From Terriglobales bacterium (GTDB lineage Bacteria > Acidobacteriota > Terriglobia > Terriglobales > SCQP01): a stretch of 64,000 nucleotides of DNA. Positions within the stretch are counted from its first letter, which is position 1. Each line of letters starts with the position of its first letter. Below are positions 1 to 8,643 of this stretch, in pieces. The DNA lies in assembly GCA_036561225.1 (NCBI GenBank), contig DATBPS010000147.1, positions 21,312 through 85,311 of the forward strand. The letters run 5' to 3'. A program made the position numbers and the translations under genes. The notes under the pieces are model-generated. The model saw only the letters and a list, made by a program, of their open reading frames with translations. It was not told the origin of the DNA and searched no databases.

Positions 1-780
1 TTCACAGGGGATTCGCTACAGATCGCCGGGCGCGGCTTCGCGTCGCGCTTGTTGGTGGGCACGGGCAAATACCGCAGCATGGAGCAGACGGCGCGCTGCG
101 TGGCGCTGAGCGGCGCGGCGATGGTCACGGTGGCGGTGCGGCGGGTGAACATCACCGACCGCGGGCGCGAGAACCTGCTCGATTTTCTGGACCTCTCGCA
201 AGTGGCCATCCTGCCGAACACGGCGGGTTGTTATACCGCCGAGGAAGCCATCCGCACGGCGCGGCTGGCGCGCGAAGCGCTCGACAACCCGTGGATCAAG
301 CTGGAGGTGATCGGCGATCAGCAGACGCTGTTTCCCGATACCGAGGCGCTGCTGCAGGCGACGCGCGTGCTGGCGGCGGAAGGCTTCATCGTGCTGCCCT
401 ACACCAACGACGACGTCATCGTGGCGCAGCGGCTGGTGGAGGCGGGGGCGGCGGCGGTGATGCCGCTGGCCGCGCCCATCGGCAGCGGGCTGGGCATTCA
501 GAACCCCGCCAACCTGCGCATTCTGCGCGAGCGCATCACCACGGTGCCGCTGATTGTGGATGCGGGCGTGGGCTGCGCGTCGGATGCGGCGCGCGCGATG
601 GAGCTGGGCGCCGACGCCATTCTGATGAACACCGCCATCGCCGCGGCGGAGAACCCGGAGCTGATGGCGGAGGCCATGAAGCTGGCGGTCGAGGCGGGGC
701 GCAAGAGTTATCTGGCGGGCCGGATGCCCGCCAAACTGTACGCCTCGGCGTCGTCACCGGTCGAGGGCGTCGTGCGCTGA
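1..780 (+). CDS. thiG: thiazole synthase ThiG (5' end outside window)
   Basis: The frame is open from nt 1 ([24 protein letters not shown]...), so the true start lies upstream of the window. Full-length ThiG-like sequence with [29 protein letters not shown] and [10 protein letters not shown] motifs. Confidence 0.9.
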   Translation, partial: FTGDSLQIAGRGFASRLLVGTGKYRSMEQTARCVALSGAAMVTVAVRRVNITDRGRENLLDFLDLSQVAILPNTAGCYTAEEAIRTARLAREALDNPWIKLEVIGDQQTLFPDTEALLQATRVLAAEGFIVLPYTNDDVIVAQRLVEAGAAAVMPLAAPIGSGLGIQNPANLRILRERITTVPLIVDAGVGCASDAARAMELGADAILMNTAIAAAENPELMAEAMKLAVEAGRKSYLAGRMPAKLYASASSPVEGVVR

Positions 781-990
781 GAGAGGCTCCAGCGGTGCGT
801 CTCATAGAATCGGCGGCGTGGTGAGTTGATCAGTACCGGCAGAAGGCTGCCCTTCGGCGACCTGAACCGCTACCCAGACCCTAAGTTGCTTGACAAAGCC
901 TTGGCGGTTTTGATACCCTCTTACTACGATTGGTAGAGCTCCCTTCTTTGGAGTTCGCGGGCGTTTCGGCGCTGCCAGTCGTCTTTTTTT

Positions 991-1782
991 GTGTACCTTC
1001 TGTACCTCGACGAATCCGGGAACGAGTCGGACCCGTCGGACCGGCATTTCGTACTGGGCGGTGCGGCAGTTTTTGAGCGCCATACGGTCGCGTTGTCGCA
1101 GGCCCTCGATGCCGTCCAGGCAAAGCATTTTCCAGGCATAGAGCCGATTGAATTCCACGCGGCGCAAATCCGGTCCGGCAGCGGCTTCTGGAGAAAAGTC
1201 GAACGTCAAACGCGAACAGAAGTTTTGACCGCTGTTGCCGAAGCCATAGCCACGACCGATCAGGGCAACAACGGGATGGTTCTTTTCGCCGCCGCAATTG
1301 AAAAGGACGCGCAGCTTCACGGCGAGCGGGCTGTTGAGACCGCCACCGAGCAGGTGCTCACTCGCTTCGACAAGTTGCTGCGGCAGAGCGGGCAGCGTGG
1401 CCTGGTGATTTTCGCCGAGGGCCGGTTCGACACACGCGCCAAGGTGTGGGTCCGCAATTTTCGAGAAATCGGCACGCGCTGGGGCGTCTTGAGAAACCTT
1501 TCTGATATTCCGTATTTCGCAAGTGTTCGCGAAACGCGATTACTGCAGGTCGCAGATTTCGTTGCGCATGCTGTTTTTCGCTTATATGACCGTGGCGACT
1601 GTTCCTTGATCGGCGCTTTCGCGCATCGATTCCATCAGCGCGACGGGGTGCTGCACGGGCTGAGGCACCACCGCTGCTCGTCGAGTTGTGCGATTTGTGA
1701 GTGTCCGGCCTGTTATAGCAGGGCACACCCGGGCCACCTCGGTCCGCTGGTTACCGGGGCTAAGGCTGATGTACCTGAGTGA
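991..1782 (+). CDS. DUF3800 family protein (function unknown), Cys/His-rich C-terminus
   Basis: The N-terminal MYLLYLDESG motif and length fit Pfam DUF3800 as I recall the family. GTG 991 is the first start codon after the in-frame stop at 934-936. No SD; a T7 run sits directly upstream. G+C is visibly lower than the flanks. The C-terminus is HGLRHHRCSSSCAICECPAC. Confidence 0.6.
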   Translation: MYLLYLDESGNESDPSDRHFVLGGAAVFERHTVALSQALDAVQAKHFPGIEPIEFHAAQIRSGSGFWRKVERQTRTEVLTAVAEAIATTDQGNNGMVLFAAAIEKDAQLHGERAVETATEQVLTRFDKLLRQSGQRGLVIFAEGRFDTRAKVWVRNFREIGTRWGVLRNLSDIPYFASVRETRLLQVADFVAHAVFRLYDRGDCSLIGAFAHRFHQRDGVLHGLRHHRCSSSCAICECPACYSRAHPGHLGPLVTGAKADVPE

Positions 1783-1795
1783 TTTGTGAACCACT

Positions 1796-1813
1796 GGGCG
1801 GGCCACCCCGCCC
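1796..1813. terminator. GC hairpin between convergent genes (GGGCGGG-ccac-CCCGCCC)
   Basis: Perfect 7-bp inverted repeat with a 4-nt loop in the 61-nt spacer between the DUF3800 gene (+) and ftsB (-). There is no T-tract. Confidence 0.35.
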
Positions 1814-1843
1814 TTGGCACAATTGACCGACGCGGGGCTTCTC

Positions 1844-2212
1844 TTAGTGCAGTTCGGCGGAGTGGGTGGCGGCGACGGGGGATTTGGGCGGATAGGTGTA
1901 CACCACTTCGCCGGGACGGGTGAGATGGAGTTGCTCGCGGGCGATGGTCTCGATGCTCTGCGGGTCGGTGCGCAATTCCTTGACCGAGCGGTTGAGCTGG
2001 CGGTTGTGGTCTTCCAACTGATGGATGCGCTGCAGCGTCTCGGCCACCTGCTGCTGACGATGGCGCAAAGCCAGATATCCCTGAGGGCCGAAGATGACGT
2101 GGACGCCCAACCAGCCCACCGCCAACACGATGACCAGCAGCCGCAGCCGCCGCACAAGGCGGTGGCGGGGAAACTTCAAGCGCTGCTTCAATGGCTGGAG
2201 GCTGAACCGCAC
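1844..2212 (-). CDS. ftsB: septum formation initiator FtsB/DivIC-like protein
   Basis: Small bitopic protein with a basic N-terminus and one TM helix (LRLLVIVLAVGWLGVHVIF). This is followed by a coiled-coil region (QQQVAETLQRIHQLEDHNRQLNRSVKELRTDPQSIETIAREQLHL) typical of FtsB/DivIC. Confidence 0.55.
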   Translation of the reverse strand: MRFSLQPLKQRLKFPRHRLVRRLRLLVIVLAVGWLGVHVIFGPQGYLALRHRQQQVAETLQRIHQLEDHNRQLNRSVKELRTDPQSIETIAREQLHLTRPGEVVYTYPPKSPVAATHSAELH

Positions 2213-2256
2213 ATGGCCAGTCTAGAATTGAGTGGGCGGGCAAACAAGGGGAGTAT

Positions 2257-2595
2257 CTGTCTGGTACTGAGGCCATCCTGATTTTTACCCACTGCGCCTC
2301 GCGCGGCGAGGCCGAGGGGATCGCCACGGCGCTGCTGAACCAACAGCTGGTGGCGTGCGCGTCGATCGGCGGGGAGGTGGAGTCGCGGTACAGATGGAAA
2401 GGGAAGCTGGAGACCGCCGCCGAAGTGCCGTTGACGCTGAAAGCACCGCGGGCGAACTGGGAAGCGATTGAGGCCGAGATACGGCGTCTGCACTCCTATG
2501 AGGTGCCGGAGATCCTCATGATCGCCGTGGAGGCGGGGAGCGCCGCCTACCTGGCGTGGCTGGGCGAAGTGGCGGGGAAGCGGGCGCGCACCTGA
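2257..2595 (+). CDS. cutA: divalent-cation tolerance protein CutA (probable non-canonical CTG start)
   Basis: CutA-like sequence (ILIFTHCASRGEAEGIATALLNQQLVACASI...YRWKGKLE...SYEVPEIL) begins well upstream of the first canonical start (GTG 2350). The frame is open from 2206 with no ATG/GTG/TTG. CTG 2257 lies 3 nt after GGGGAG. The start coordinate is uncertain. Confidence 0.65.
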   Translation: MSGTEAILIFTHCASRGEAEGIATALLNQQLVACASIGGEVESRYRWKGKLETAAEVPLTLKAPRANWEAIEAEIRRLHSYEVPEILMIAVEAGSAAYLAWLGEVAGKRART

Positions 2596-3101
2596 TAGCG
2601 CTCCGCCGGAGGCTGGCCGGCCACGGTCTCGTAGAGGCAGAACTCCGTGACCTGGATCGGCCCCCAGGAGGATGACGGGCCTGCCGCCCAGGACCCGGGT
2701 GTTGCGCCGCCGGCTACCCGCCCCAGGCTGATATGGGGTCGGAAGGGGCGGAATTCCCTCTGCACTCCCAAAGGACCCAGACGCGCGGCCAATGCCGTGA
2801 CAAGTTCAAGCAAAGGTTGAGAGTGCTCTACGCCCGCCCAAAGCAGGCGAGGGTGGCGCCGGTCGGGGAAGGCGCCGACGCTGGAGGCATCCACGGTAAA
2901 GGGCGCCCATGGGAAGGAGGCGGCAGCGGCCAGTTGAGCAGCGCGCTCGGTCGGCCAGTCGCCAACGAACTGCAAGGTGATGTGCAGGGCCGGAGCCACG
3001 TCCCAGCGCACCGTGGGGAACTGCTGCCGCCAACCGGCCAGGGCAGTTGCCAAACTCTGTTGGGCGGCGCCGTGTACGGGGATAGCGAAGAAGCAGCGCA
3101 T
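2547..3101 (-). CDS. thpR: RNA 2',3'-cyclic phosphodiesterase ThpR/LigT (2H phosphoesterase)
   Basis: Two H-x-T/S-x motifs (HITLQF and HISLGR) are spaced as in the 2H family, and the length is about 184 aa. The 3' end overlaps the convergent cutA by 49 nt. Confidence 0.75.
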   Translation of the reverse strand: MRCFFAIPVHGAAQQSLATALAGWRQQFPTVRWDVAPALHITLQFVGDWPTERAAQLAAAASFPWAPFTVDASSVGAFPDRRHPRLLWAGVEHSQPLLELVTALAARLGPLGVQREFRPFRPHISLGRVAGGATPGSWAAGPSSSWGPIQVTEFCLYETVAGQPPAERYQVRARFPATSPSHAR

Positions 3102-3118
3102 GGCGCGCTCCGGCGTAT

Positions 3119-4606
3119 CTAGCTTTTGGGCTTCCAGCGCAGCACGGGCTGACGCGCGGCGGCGACCTCATCGAGGCGGCGGATTTTGGTGGTGTAAGGC
3201 GCGCCAGTGACCAGCTCCGGCTGGGTGCGGGCCTCCTCGGCGATGGCGCGCAGGGCGGCGATGAACTCATCCATCTCCTGGCGGTTGGCGCTTTCGGTGG
3301 GCTCGATCATCAGCGCGCCGCGGACCACCAGCGGGAACGACACGGTGTAGGGATGGAAACCGTAGTCAATCAGCCGCTTGGCGATGTCGCCGGTGTGAAC
3401 ACCATGCTGCGCCTGCTGGGCATCGCTGAAGACGACCTCGTGCATGGAGGGGGTGGCGAAGGGAAGTGTGTAGTGGCCTTCCAGCTTTTTGCGGATGTAG
3501 TTGGCGTTGAGGACGGCGTCTTCGGTGGTCTGCTTGAGGCCGTCGCTGCCGTTGGCCATGATGTAGGCCAGGGCGCGGGTGAACATGCCGAAGTTGCCGT
3601 AGAAGGCGCGCACCCGGCCGATGGATTGGGGGCGGTCGTAGTCGAGGGTGGCCTTCTGCGTGAGCACGGGGATGGGGAGGAAGGGTTCCAACTCGCGCTT
3701 GACGGCCACCGGGCCGGCGCCGGGACCGCCGCCACCGTGGGGGGTGGAGAAGGTCTTGTGGAGGTTGAGGTGCATGACGTCCACGCCGAAGTCGCCGGGG
3801 CGGGCCCGGCCGACGAGGGCGTTCATGTTGGCGCCATCCATGTAGAGCATGCCGCCGCGTTCGTGGACCAGGTCGGCGATGCGGTGGATGTCTTCCTCGA
3901 AGATGCCCAGGGTGTTGGGGTTGGTGAGCATCAGGGCCGCGACGTCGCCCGTCATCTGGCGGTCGAGGCTGGACATGTCCACCGTGCCGTCGGGATTGGA
4001 CTTGAGGTTCTCGACCTGATAGCCGGCGATGGCGGCGGTGGCGGGGTTGGTGCCGTGGGCGGAGTCGGGGATGAGCACCTTGCGGCGGCGGTCGCCGCGG
4101 GCGGCGAGGGCGGAGCGGACGAGGAGGATGCCGGTCAACTCGCCCTGCGCGCCGGCGGCGGGCTGCAGGGTGATGGCATCCATGCCGGTGATCTCCAGCA
4201 GGTAGTCGGAGAGCAGGCGCATGATGCGCAGCGCGCCGCGGGAGAGCGACTCCGGCTGCAGCGGGTGACCGTCGCCCAGTCCCTCGATGCGGGTGACGTG
4301 CTCGTTGACCCGGGCATTGTACTTCATGGTGCAGGAGCCGAGCGGGTAGATGCCGGTGTCCACGCCGTAGTTCCAGGTGCTCAGCCGGGTGAAGTGGCGC
4401 ACGACCTCGAGCTCGCTCAACTCGGGGAAATCGGGGATGTCAGCGCGCGCCGCGGCGAGCGGGGCCTCGGGGACATCGAGATCGGGCAGCTGGTAGCCGC
4501 GCTTGCCGGGAGAAGAGACTTCGAAGAGCAGGTCTTCGTTCTGGACCAGGTGACGCGAGGCGCGGGTGCCGGCGGGCCGGGAGAGGTTGTCGTTGATTTC
4601 GGCCAT
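3119..4606 (-). CDS. gcvPB: glycine dehydrogenase (aminomethyl-transferring) subunit 2
   Basis: Full-length GcvPB similarity, including the PLP-lysine region HLNLHKTFSTPHGGGGPG. It lies 4 nt downstream of gcvPA. Confidence 0.95.
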   Translation of the reverse strand: MAEINDNLSRPAGTRASRHLVQNEDLLFEVSSPGKRGYQLPDLDVPEAPLAAARADIPDFPELSELEVVRHFTRLSTWNYGVDTGIYPLGSCTMKYNARVNEHVTRIEGLGDGHPLQPESLSRGALRIMRLLSDYLLEITGMDAITLQPAAGAQGELTGILLVRSALAARGDRRRKVLIPDSAHGTNPATAAIAGYQVENLKSNPDGTVDMSSLDRQMTGDVAALMLTNPNTLGIFEEDIHRIADLVHERGGMLYMDGANMNALVGRARPGDFGVDVMHLNLHKTFSTPHGGGGPGAGPVAVKRELEPFLPIPVLTQKATLDYDRPQSIGRVRAFYGNFGMFTRALAYIMANGSDGLKQTTEDAVLNANYIRKKLEGHYTLPFATPSMHEVVFSDAQQAQHGVHTGDIAKRLIDYGFHPYTVSFPLVVRGALMIEPTESANRQEMDEFIAALRAIAEEARTQPELVTGAPYTTKIRRLDEVAAARQPVLRWKPKS

Positions 4607-4610
4607 GGTG

Positions 4611-5939
4611 CTAAACCTCGCTCAGCAGCGCCGCCAGGCGATCCAGCCCGGCGCGGGGAATGGTTTCGGTGGCGCACACCAGCAGCGCGTTGCCCAGTTC
4701 GGGGTAGTAGCGCTGCAGCGAGAGGCCAGGGATGATCTTCTCCTGGTGCAGACGGGCTTCGATCTCGGCCAGCGGGCGGCGGAGGCGGACCACAAACTCG
4801 TGGAAGCGCGGGGCGGGGAAGAGCACCTCCAGGCCGGCTTTTTGGCAAGCCGAGGCGAGATAGGCGGCCTTGGAAAGGTTCTGTTGCGCCAGCTCGCGCA
4901 GACCCTGGCGGCCATAGGTGGCCATGAAGATGCTGGCCATCAGCGCGCAAAGGGCCTGGTTGGTGCAGATGTTGGAGGTGGCCTTTTCGCGGCGGATGTG
5001 TTGCTCGCGGGTGGAGAGGGTGAGCACGAAGCCGCGCTTGCCGTCGCTGTCGCGCGCCTCGCCCACCAGGCGGCCGGGGAGGCTGCGCAGAAACTTCTCG
5101 CGGCTGGCGATGATGCCCGCATAGGGGCCGCCGAAGCCCACCGGGATGCCGAAGCCCTGCAGCTCCATGGCGACGATGTCCGCGGCGGCGGGCGCCGGCA
5201 GCAGGCCGAGCGACACCGGCTCGGCGATGACCGCCACCAGCAGCGCGCCCTGGGCGTGGGCAATCGCGGCGGCGGCCTCCCAGTCCTCGATGGTGCCGAA
5301 GAAGTTGGGACTTTGCACGGCGACCGCGGCGGTCTCGGCGGTGACCGCCGCCTTGAGGGCGGCGAGGTCGAGGCGGCCGTCGGGGGTGAAACCGGCTTCG
5401 GCGATGGGGAACTCGCGCGGCTTGGTGAGGGTGGAGAGCACCTCACGGTACTGCGGGTGCACGCTGCGGGCGACGACGATGCCGGAGCGGCCGGTGACGC
5501 GGGCGGCCATCATGCAGGCTTCCAGCAGGGCGGTCGAGCCGTCATACATGCCGGCGTTGGCCACCTCCTGGCCGGTGAGCTGGCAGATCATGGTCTGGAA
5601 CTCGAAGATGGCCTGCAAGGTGCCCTGGCTGATCTCGGGCTGATAGGGGGTGTAGGCGGTGAACCACTCCCCGCGGCTGATCAACTGATCGAGATGGGTG
5701 GGACGGAAGTGCTGGTAGGCGCCGGCGCCAAGAAACGAGGTGAAGCCGGGGGCGTTGTCGCGTGCGGCCTGCTGGAACCAGGCGATGATCTCCGCCTCCG
5801 AGCGGCCGGTGGGGATACTCAGCGGGCGCTGGAGGCGGCAGTACTCCGGGATGTGGTCGAAGAGCACATCGACAGAGTTGAGTCCCAGCTCCGCCAGCAT
5901 GTCGCGGCGGATGGCATCTGATGTCGGTAGATAGCGCAT
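4611..5939 (-). CDS. gcvPA: glycine dehydrogenase (aminomethyl-transferring) subunit 1
   Basis: Full-length GcvPA similarity (MRYLPTSD..., YTPYQPEISQGTLQAIFEFQT). It sits in operon order after gcvH. Confidence 0.95.
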   Translation of the reverse strand: MRYLPTSDAIRRDMLAELGLNSVDVLFDHIPEYCRLQRPLSIPTGRSEAEIIAWFQQAARDNAPGFTSFLGAGAYQHFRPTHLDQLISRGEWFTAYTPYQPEISQGTLQAIFEFQTMICQLTGQEVANAGMYDGSTALLEACMMAARVTGRSGIVVARSVHPQYREVLSTLTKPREFPIAEAGFTPDGRLDLAALKAAVTAETAAVAVQSPNFFGTIEDWEAAAAIAHAQGALLVAVIAEPVSLGLLPAPAAADIVAMELQGFGIPVGFGGPYAGIIASREKFLRSLPGRLVGEARDSDGKRGFVLTLSTREQHIRREKATSNICTNQALCALMASIFMATYGRQGLRELAQQNLSKAAYLASACQKAGLEVLFPAPRFHEFVVRLRRPLAEIEARLHQEKIIPGLSLQRYYPELGNALLVCATETIPRAGLDRLAALLSEV

Positions 5940-5955
5940 TGTCGGTGGCGGGCGG

Positions 5956-6348
5956 TCAGTGAGCTTCGGCTTCGGCGACGAACTTGGTGTAGGCGGCGGC
6001 GTCCATCAACTTGGCGGCCTGGGCGGGATCGGTGAGCTCGACCTCGACCATCCAGGCTTTGCCGTGGGGGTCCTGGTTGAGCAACTCGGGGGACTTGACC
6101 AGGGCGTCGTTGATGGCCTTCACCTTACCGCTGACCGGGGCGAAGACCTCCGAGACCGCCTTGACCGACTCGACCGTGCCGAGCGACTGGCCGGCGGTGA
6201 GGACCGTGCCGACGGCCGGCAGCTCGACGAAGACGATGTCGCCCAACTGCTGCTGGGCGAAGTCGGAGATGCCGATTTTGGCGGTGGCGCCGGAAGCGGC
6301 AACCCATTCATGTTCAGTGGTGTAGCGGAAATTGCTGGGGTATTCCAT
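5956..6348 (-). CDS. gcvH: glycine cleavage system H protein
   Basis: 130 aa with the lipoyl-lysine motif ESVKAVSEVFAPVSG. It lies between gcvT and gcvPA. Confidence 0.95.
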   Translation of the reverse strand: MEYPSNFRYTTEHEWVAASGATAKIGISDFAQQQLGDIVFVELPAVGTVLTAGQSLGTVESVKAVSEVFAPVSGKVKAINDALVKSPELLNQDPHGKAWMVEVELTDPAQAAKLMDAAAYTKFVAEAEAH

Positions 6349-6363
6349 GACTGATTCTCCGTA

Positions 6364-7482
6364 CTACCGGGGACGCTTGTAAAAGGGCAGCGAAACAAGT
6401 TTTGCGCGGGCGGTGCGATGGCGGATCTGGATGTCGAATTCGGTGCCGGGTTCCGACAGCGCCACCGGGACATAGGCCATGCCCAGGTTCTTCTGCAGGA
6501 AGGGAGCGGGGCCGCCGCTGGTGACCTTGCCCACCTCGCGGCCCTGGTGGAGGACGGGATAGCCGTCGCGGCCGATGCCGGGTTCGATCATCTCGAAGCC
6601 CACCAGCTTGCGGGTCAGGCCGGCCTGCTGCTGCTGCTCGATGATCTTTTTTCCCAGGAACTCCGGCTTGGCGAGCTTGGTGATCCAGGCGAGGCCGGCT
6701 TCGAGCGGCGTGGTGGTGTCGTCAATCTCGTGGCCGTAGAGGGCCATGGAGGCTTCCATACGCAGGGTATTGCGCGCTCCCAGGCCACAGGGCAGGATGC
6801 CCTCGCCGCGGCCGGCCTCGAGCAGGCCGTTCCAGATGGCTTCGGAGTGCTCGGGGTCGAAGTAGAGCTCGAAGCCATCTTCGCCGGTGTAGCCGGTGCG
6901 GGCGATGATGCACTCCACCCCCAGCACCTTGCCGATGGTGAACCAGTAGTACTTGATGGGCGCCAGCGCGATGGAGGTGAGCGGCTGTAGGATGGCGAGC
7001 GCCTTGGGGCCCTGGATGGCCAGTTGCGAGTAGCCGTCGCTGACGTTGGTCACCTGGGCGTCGAAGTGGTTCTGACCGCAGATGTAGTCGAAGTCTTTGT
7101 CACAGTTGGCGGCGTTGACCACCAGCCAGTAATGCTGGCCGGTGAACTTGTGGACCAGCAGGTCGTCCACGAAGGTCCCCTCGGCGGTCATCAGGCCGCT
7201 GTACTGGGCCTGATCGAGGTTGAGCTTGGAGGCGTCGTTGGAGGTGACGTGCTGCACCAAATCGAGCGCCTGGCGTCCCTGGACGGCGATCTCGCCCATG
7301 TGGCTAACGTCAAATAATCCCGCCCGCTCGCGTACGGCGCGATGCTCGGGGATGATGCCGGTGTACTCGACCGGCATTTCCCAGCCGCCAAAAGGCACCA
7401 TTTTGCCGCCCAGCCGGCGATGCGCGTCATAGAGTGCGGTGCGGCGCATGGGGGCGGCGGCGGGAGCAGGATTGTTACTCAT
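6364..7482 (-). CDS. gcvT: glycine cleavage system aminomethyltransferase GcvT
   Basis: GcvT similarity starts at [31 protein letters not shown] 7482 is preceded by GGAGAAcgc, so the track start at 7515 was trimmed. Confidence 0.9.
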   Translation of the reverse strand: MSNNPAPAAAPMRRTALYDAHRRLGGKMVPFGGWEMPVEYTGIIPEHRAVRERAGLFDVSHMGEIAVQGRQALDLVQHVTSNDASKLNLDQAQYSGLMTAEGTFVDDLLVHKFTGQHYWLVVNAANCDKDFDYICGQNHFDAQVTNVSDGYSQLAIQGPKALAILQPLTSIALAPIKYYWFTIGKVLGVECIIARTGYTGEDGFELYFDPEHSEAIWNGLLEAGRGEGILPCGLGARNTLRMEASMALYGHEIDDTTTPLEAGLAWITKLAKPEFLGKKIIEQQQQAGLTRKLVGFEMIEPGIGRDGYPVLHQGREVGKVTSGGPAPFLQKNLGMAYVPVALSEPGTEFDIQIRHRTARAKLVSLPFYKRPR

Positions 7483-7520
7483 GCGTTCTCCGGGTGGGAA
7501 CTTGTACGTTAGCATGGAGC

Positions 7521-8630
7521 GTGGCCGCTATTCCAGAGGCAGAGAGCACTCCCCAACCATTCCGCCGGGCGACCGCCGCCGGCACCGCCGCCTACGCCGC
7601 CGGGTTCCCTCAACTCGCCAAAACGCAGCACTTCCGCAAGCTGCGGCTGCCGGAAGCGGTGCAGGTATCGTCGCTGGGCGCCGGCACCTATCTGGGGCCG
7701 GCGGACCACGCCACGGATCTGGGCTATGCGGCAGCGCTCGCGGCGGCGTTGAAGGGTGGCGTCAACCTGATTGACACGGCCATCAACTACCGTGCGCAAC
7801 GGAGCGAGCGGGTCATTGGGCGGGTGCTGGCGACCTGCGGGCGGTCGCGGGAGGAAGTTTTCATCTGCACCAAGGCGGGGTTTGTGCCCGAGGGGCTGTC
7901 ACTGCCGCCGGGGTTGATCCGGCCGGGGGAACTGGTGGCGGGGTGCCATTGCATGACGCCGGTGTACCTGGCGCATCAACTGCAGACCAGCCTCGACAAC
8001 CTGGGCCTCGAAGCGGTGGACGTCTTCTACCTGCACAATCCGGAGACGCAGCAAGCGGAGCTGAGCCGCGAGGAGTTTTACCGGCGCATCGAGGCGGCCT
8101 TCGCGCTTCTGGAGAAGATGGCCGACCAGGGGCGCATCGGCAGCTATGGCATCGCCACCTGGAGCGGACTGCGCGTGCCTCCGGACGCGGTGGATTACCT
8201 CGATCTCAACCGCATGGTGGCGATTGCCCGCGGGCTGGCCGGGGAAGCGCACCATTTCCGCTTCGTGCAGATGCCCTACAACCTGGGCATGCCGGAGGCC
8301 TACGCACTGCTCAACCAGTCGGTGGGGAAACCGCCGTATGTGTCGCCGCTGAACGCGGCCTTCCGGCTGGGGCTGCACACCATCGCCTCGGCCAGCTTGA
8401 TGAGCGGGAATTTGCATAATCTGCCCGACGACGCGCGGACCTACCTGCAGCCATTTTTGCCCGCGGCGACGAGCGATGCCGAGCTGGCGCTGCAGTTCGT
8501 GCGCTCGACCCCGGGGGTCACGGCCGGACTGGTGGGGATGTCCAAGCCCGAGCACGTGGCGGCCAACCTGCGCGCCATCGCCGTGGCCCCCTCGCCGCCG
8601 GCGCAAGTCGGACGGCTGCTTCAGCAGTAG
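7521..8630 (+). CDS. aldo/keto reductase family oxidoreductase
   Basis: AKR-like motifs are present (GVNLIDTAINY, FICTKAG, VDVFYLHNPE). GTG 7521 is the first in-frame start that keeps the N-terminal RRATAAGTAAY segment. The start coordinate is uncertain. Confidence 0.75.
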   Translation: MAAIPEAESTPQPFRRATAAGTAAYAAGFPQLAKTQHFRKLRLPEAVQVSSLGAGTYLGPADHATDLGYAAALAAALKGGVNLIDTAINYRAQRSERVIGRVLATCGRSREEVFICTKAGFVPEGLSLPPGLIRPGELVAGCHCMTPVYLAHQLQTSLDNLGLEAVDVFYLHNPETQQAELSREEFYRRIEAAFALLEKMADQGRIGSYGIATWSGLRVPPDAVDYLDLNRMVAIARGLAGEAHHFRFVQMPYNLGMPEAYALLNQSVGKPPYVSPLNAAFRLGLHTIASASLMSGNLHNLPDDARTYLQPFLPAATSDAELALQFVRSTPGVTAGLVGMSKPEHVAANLRAIAVAPSPPAQVGRLLQQ

Positions 8631-8643
8631 AGTAGGAGGCATC

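Noticed and set aside
3353-5921. Long + strand ORFs (3353-4735, 460 aa; 4566-5921, 451 aa) opposite gcvPB and gcvPA.
   Set aside because: Their translations are low-complexity Gly/Ala/Val/Asp/Glu/His-rich strings with no recognisable motifs. The opposite strand encodes full-length, unmistakable GcvP subunits. This is a typical antisense open frame in high-G+C DNA.
7483-7520. Glycine riboswitch expected upstream of the gcvT operon.
   Set aside because: Only about 38 nt separate gcvT from the divergent AKR gene. The minus-strand leader lacks the conserved glycine-aptamer cores (no ACCGAAGG or CTCTGGAGAG-type elements).
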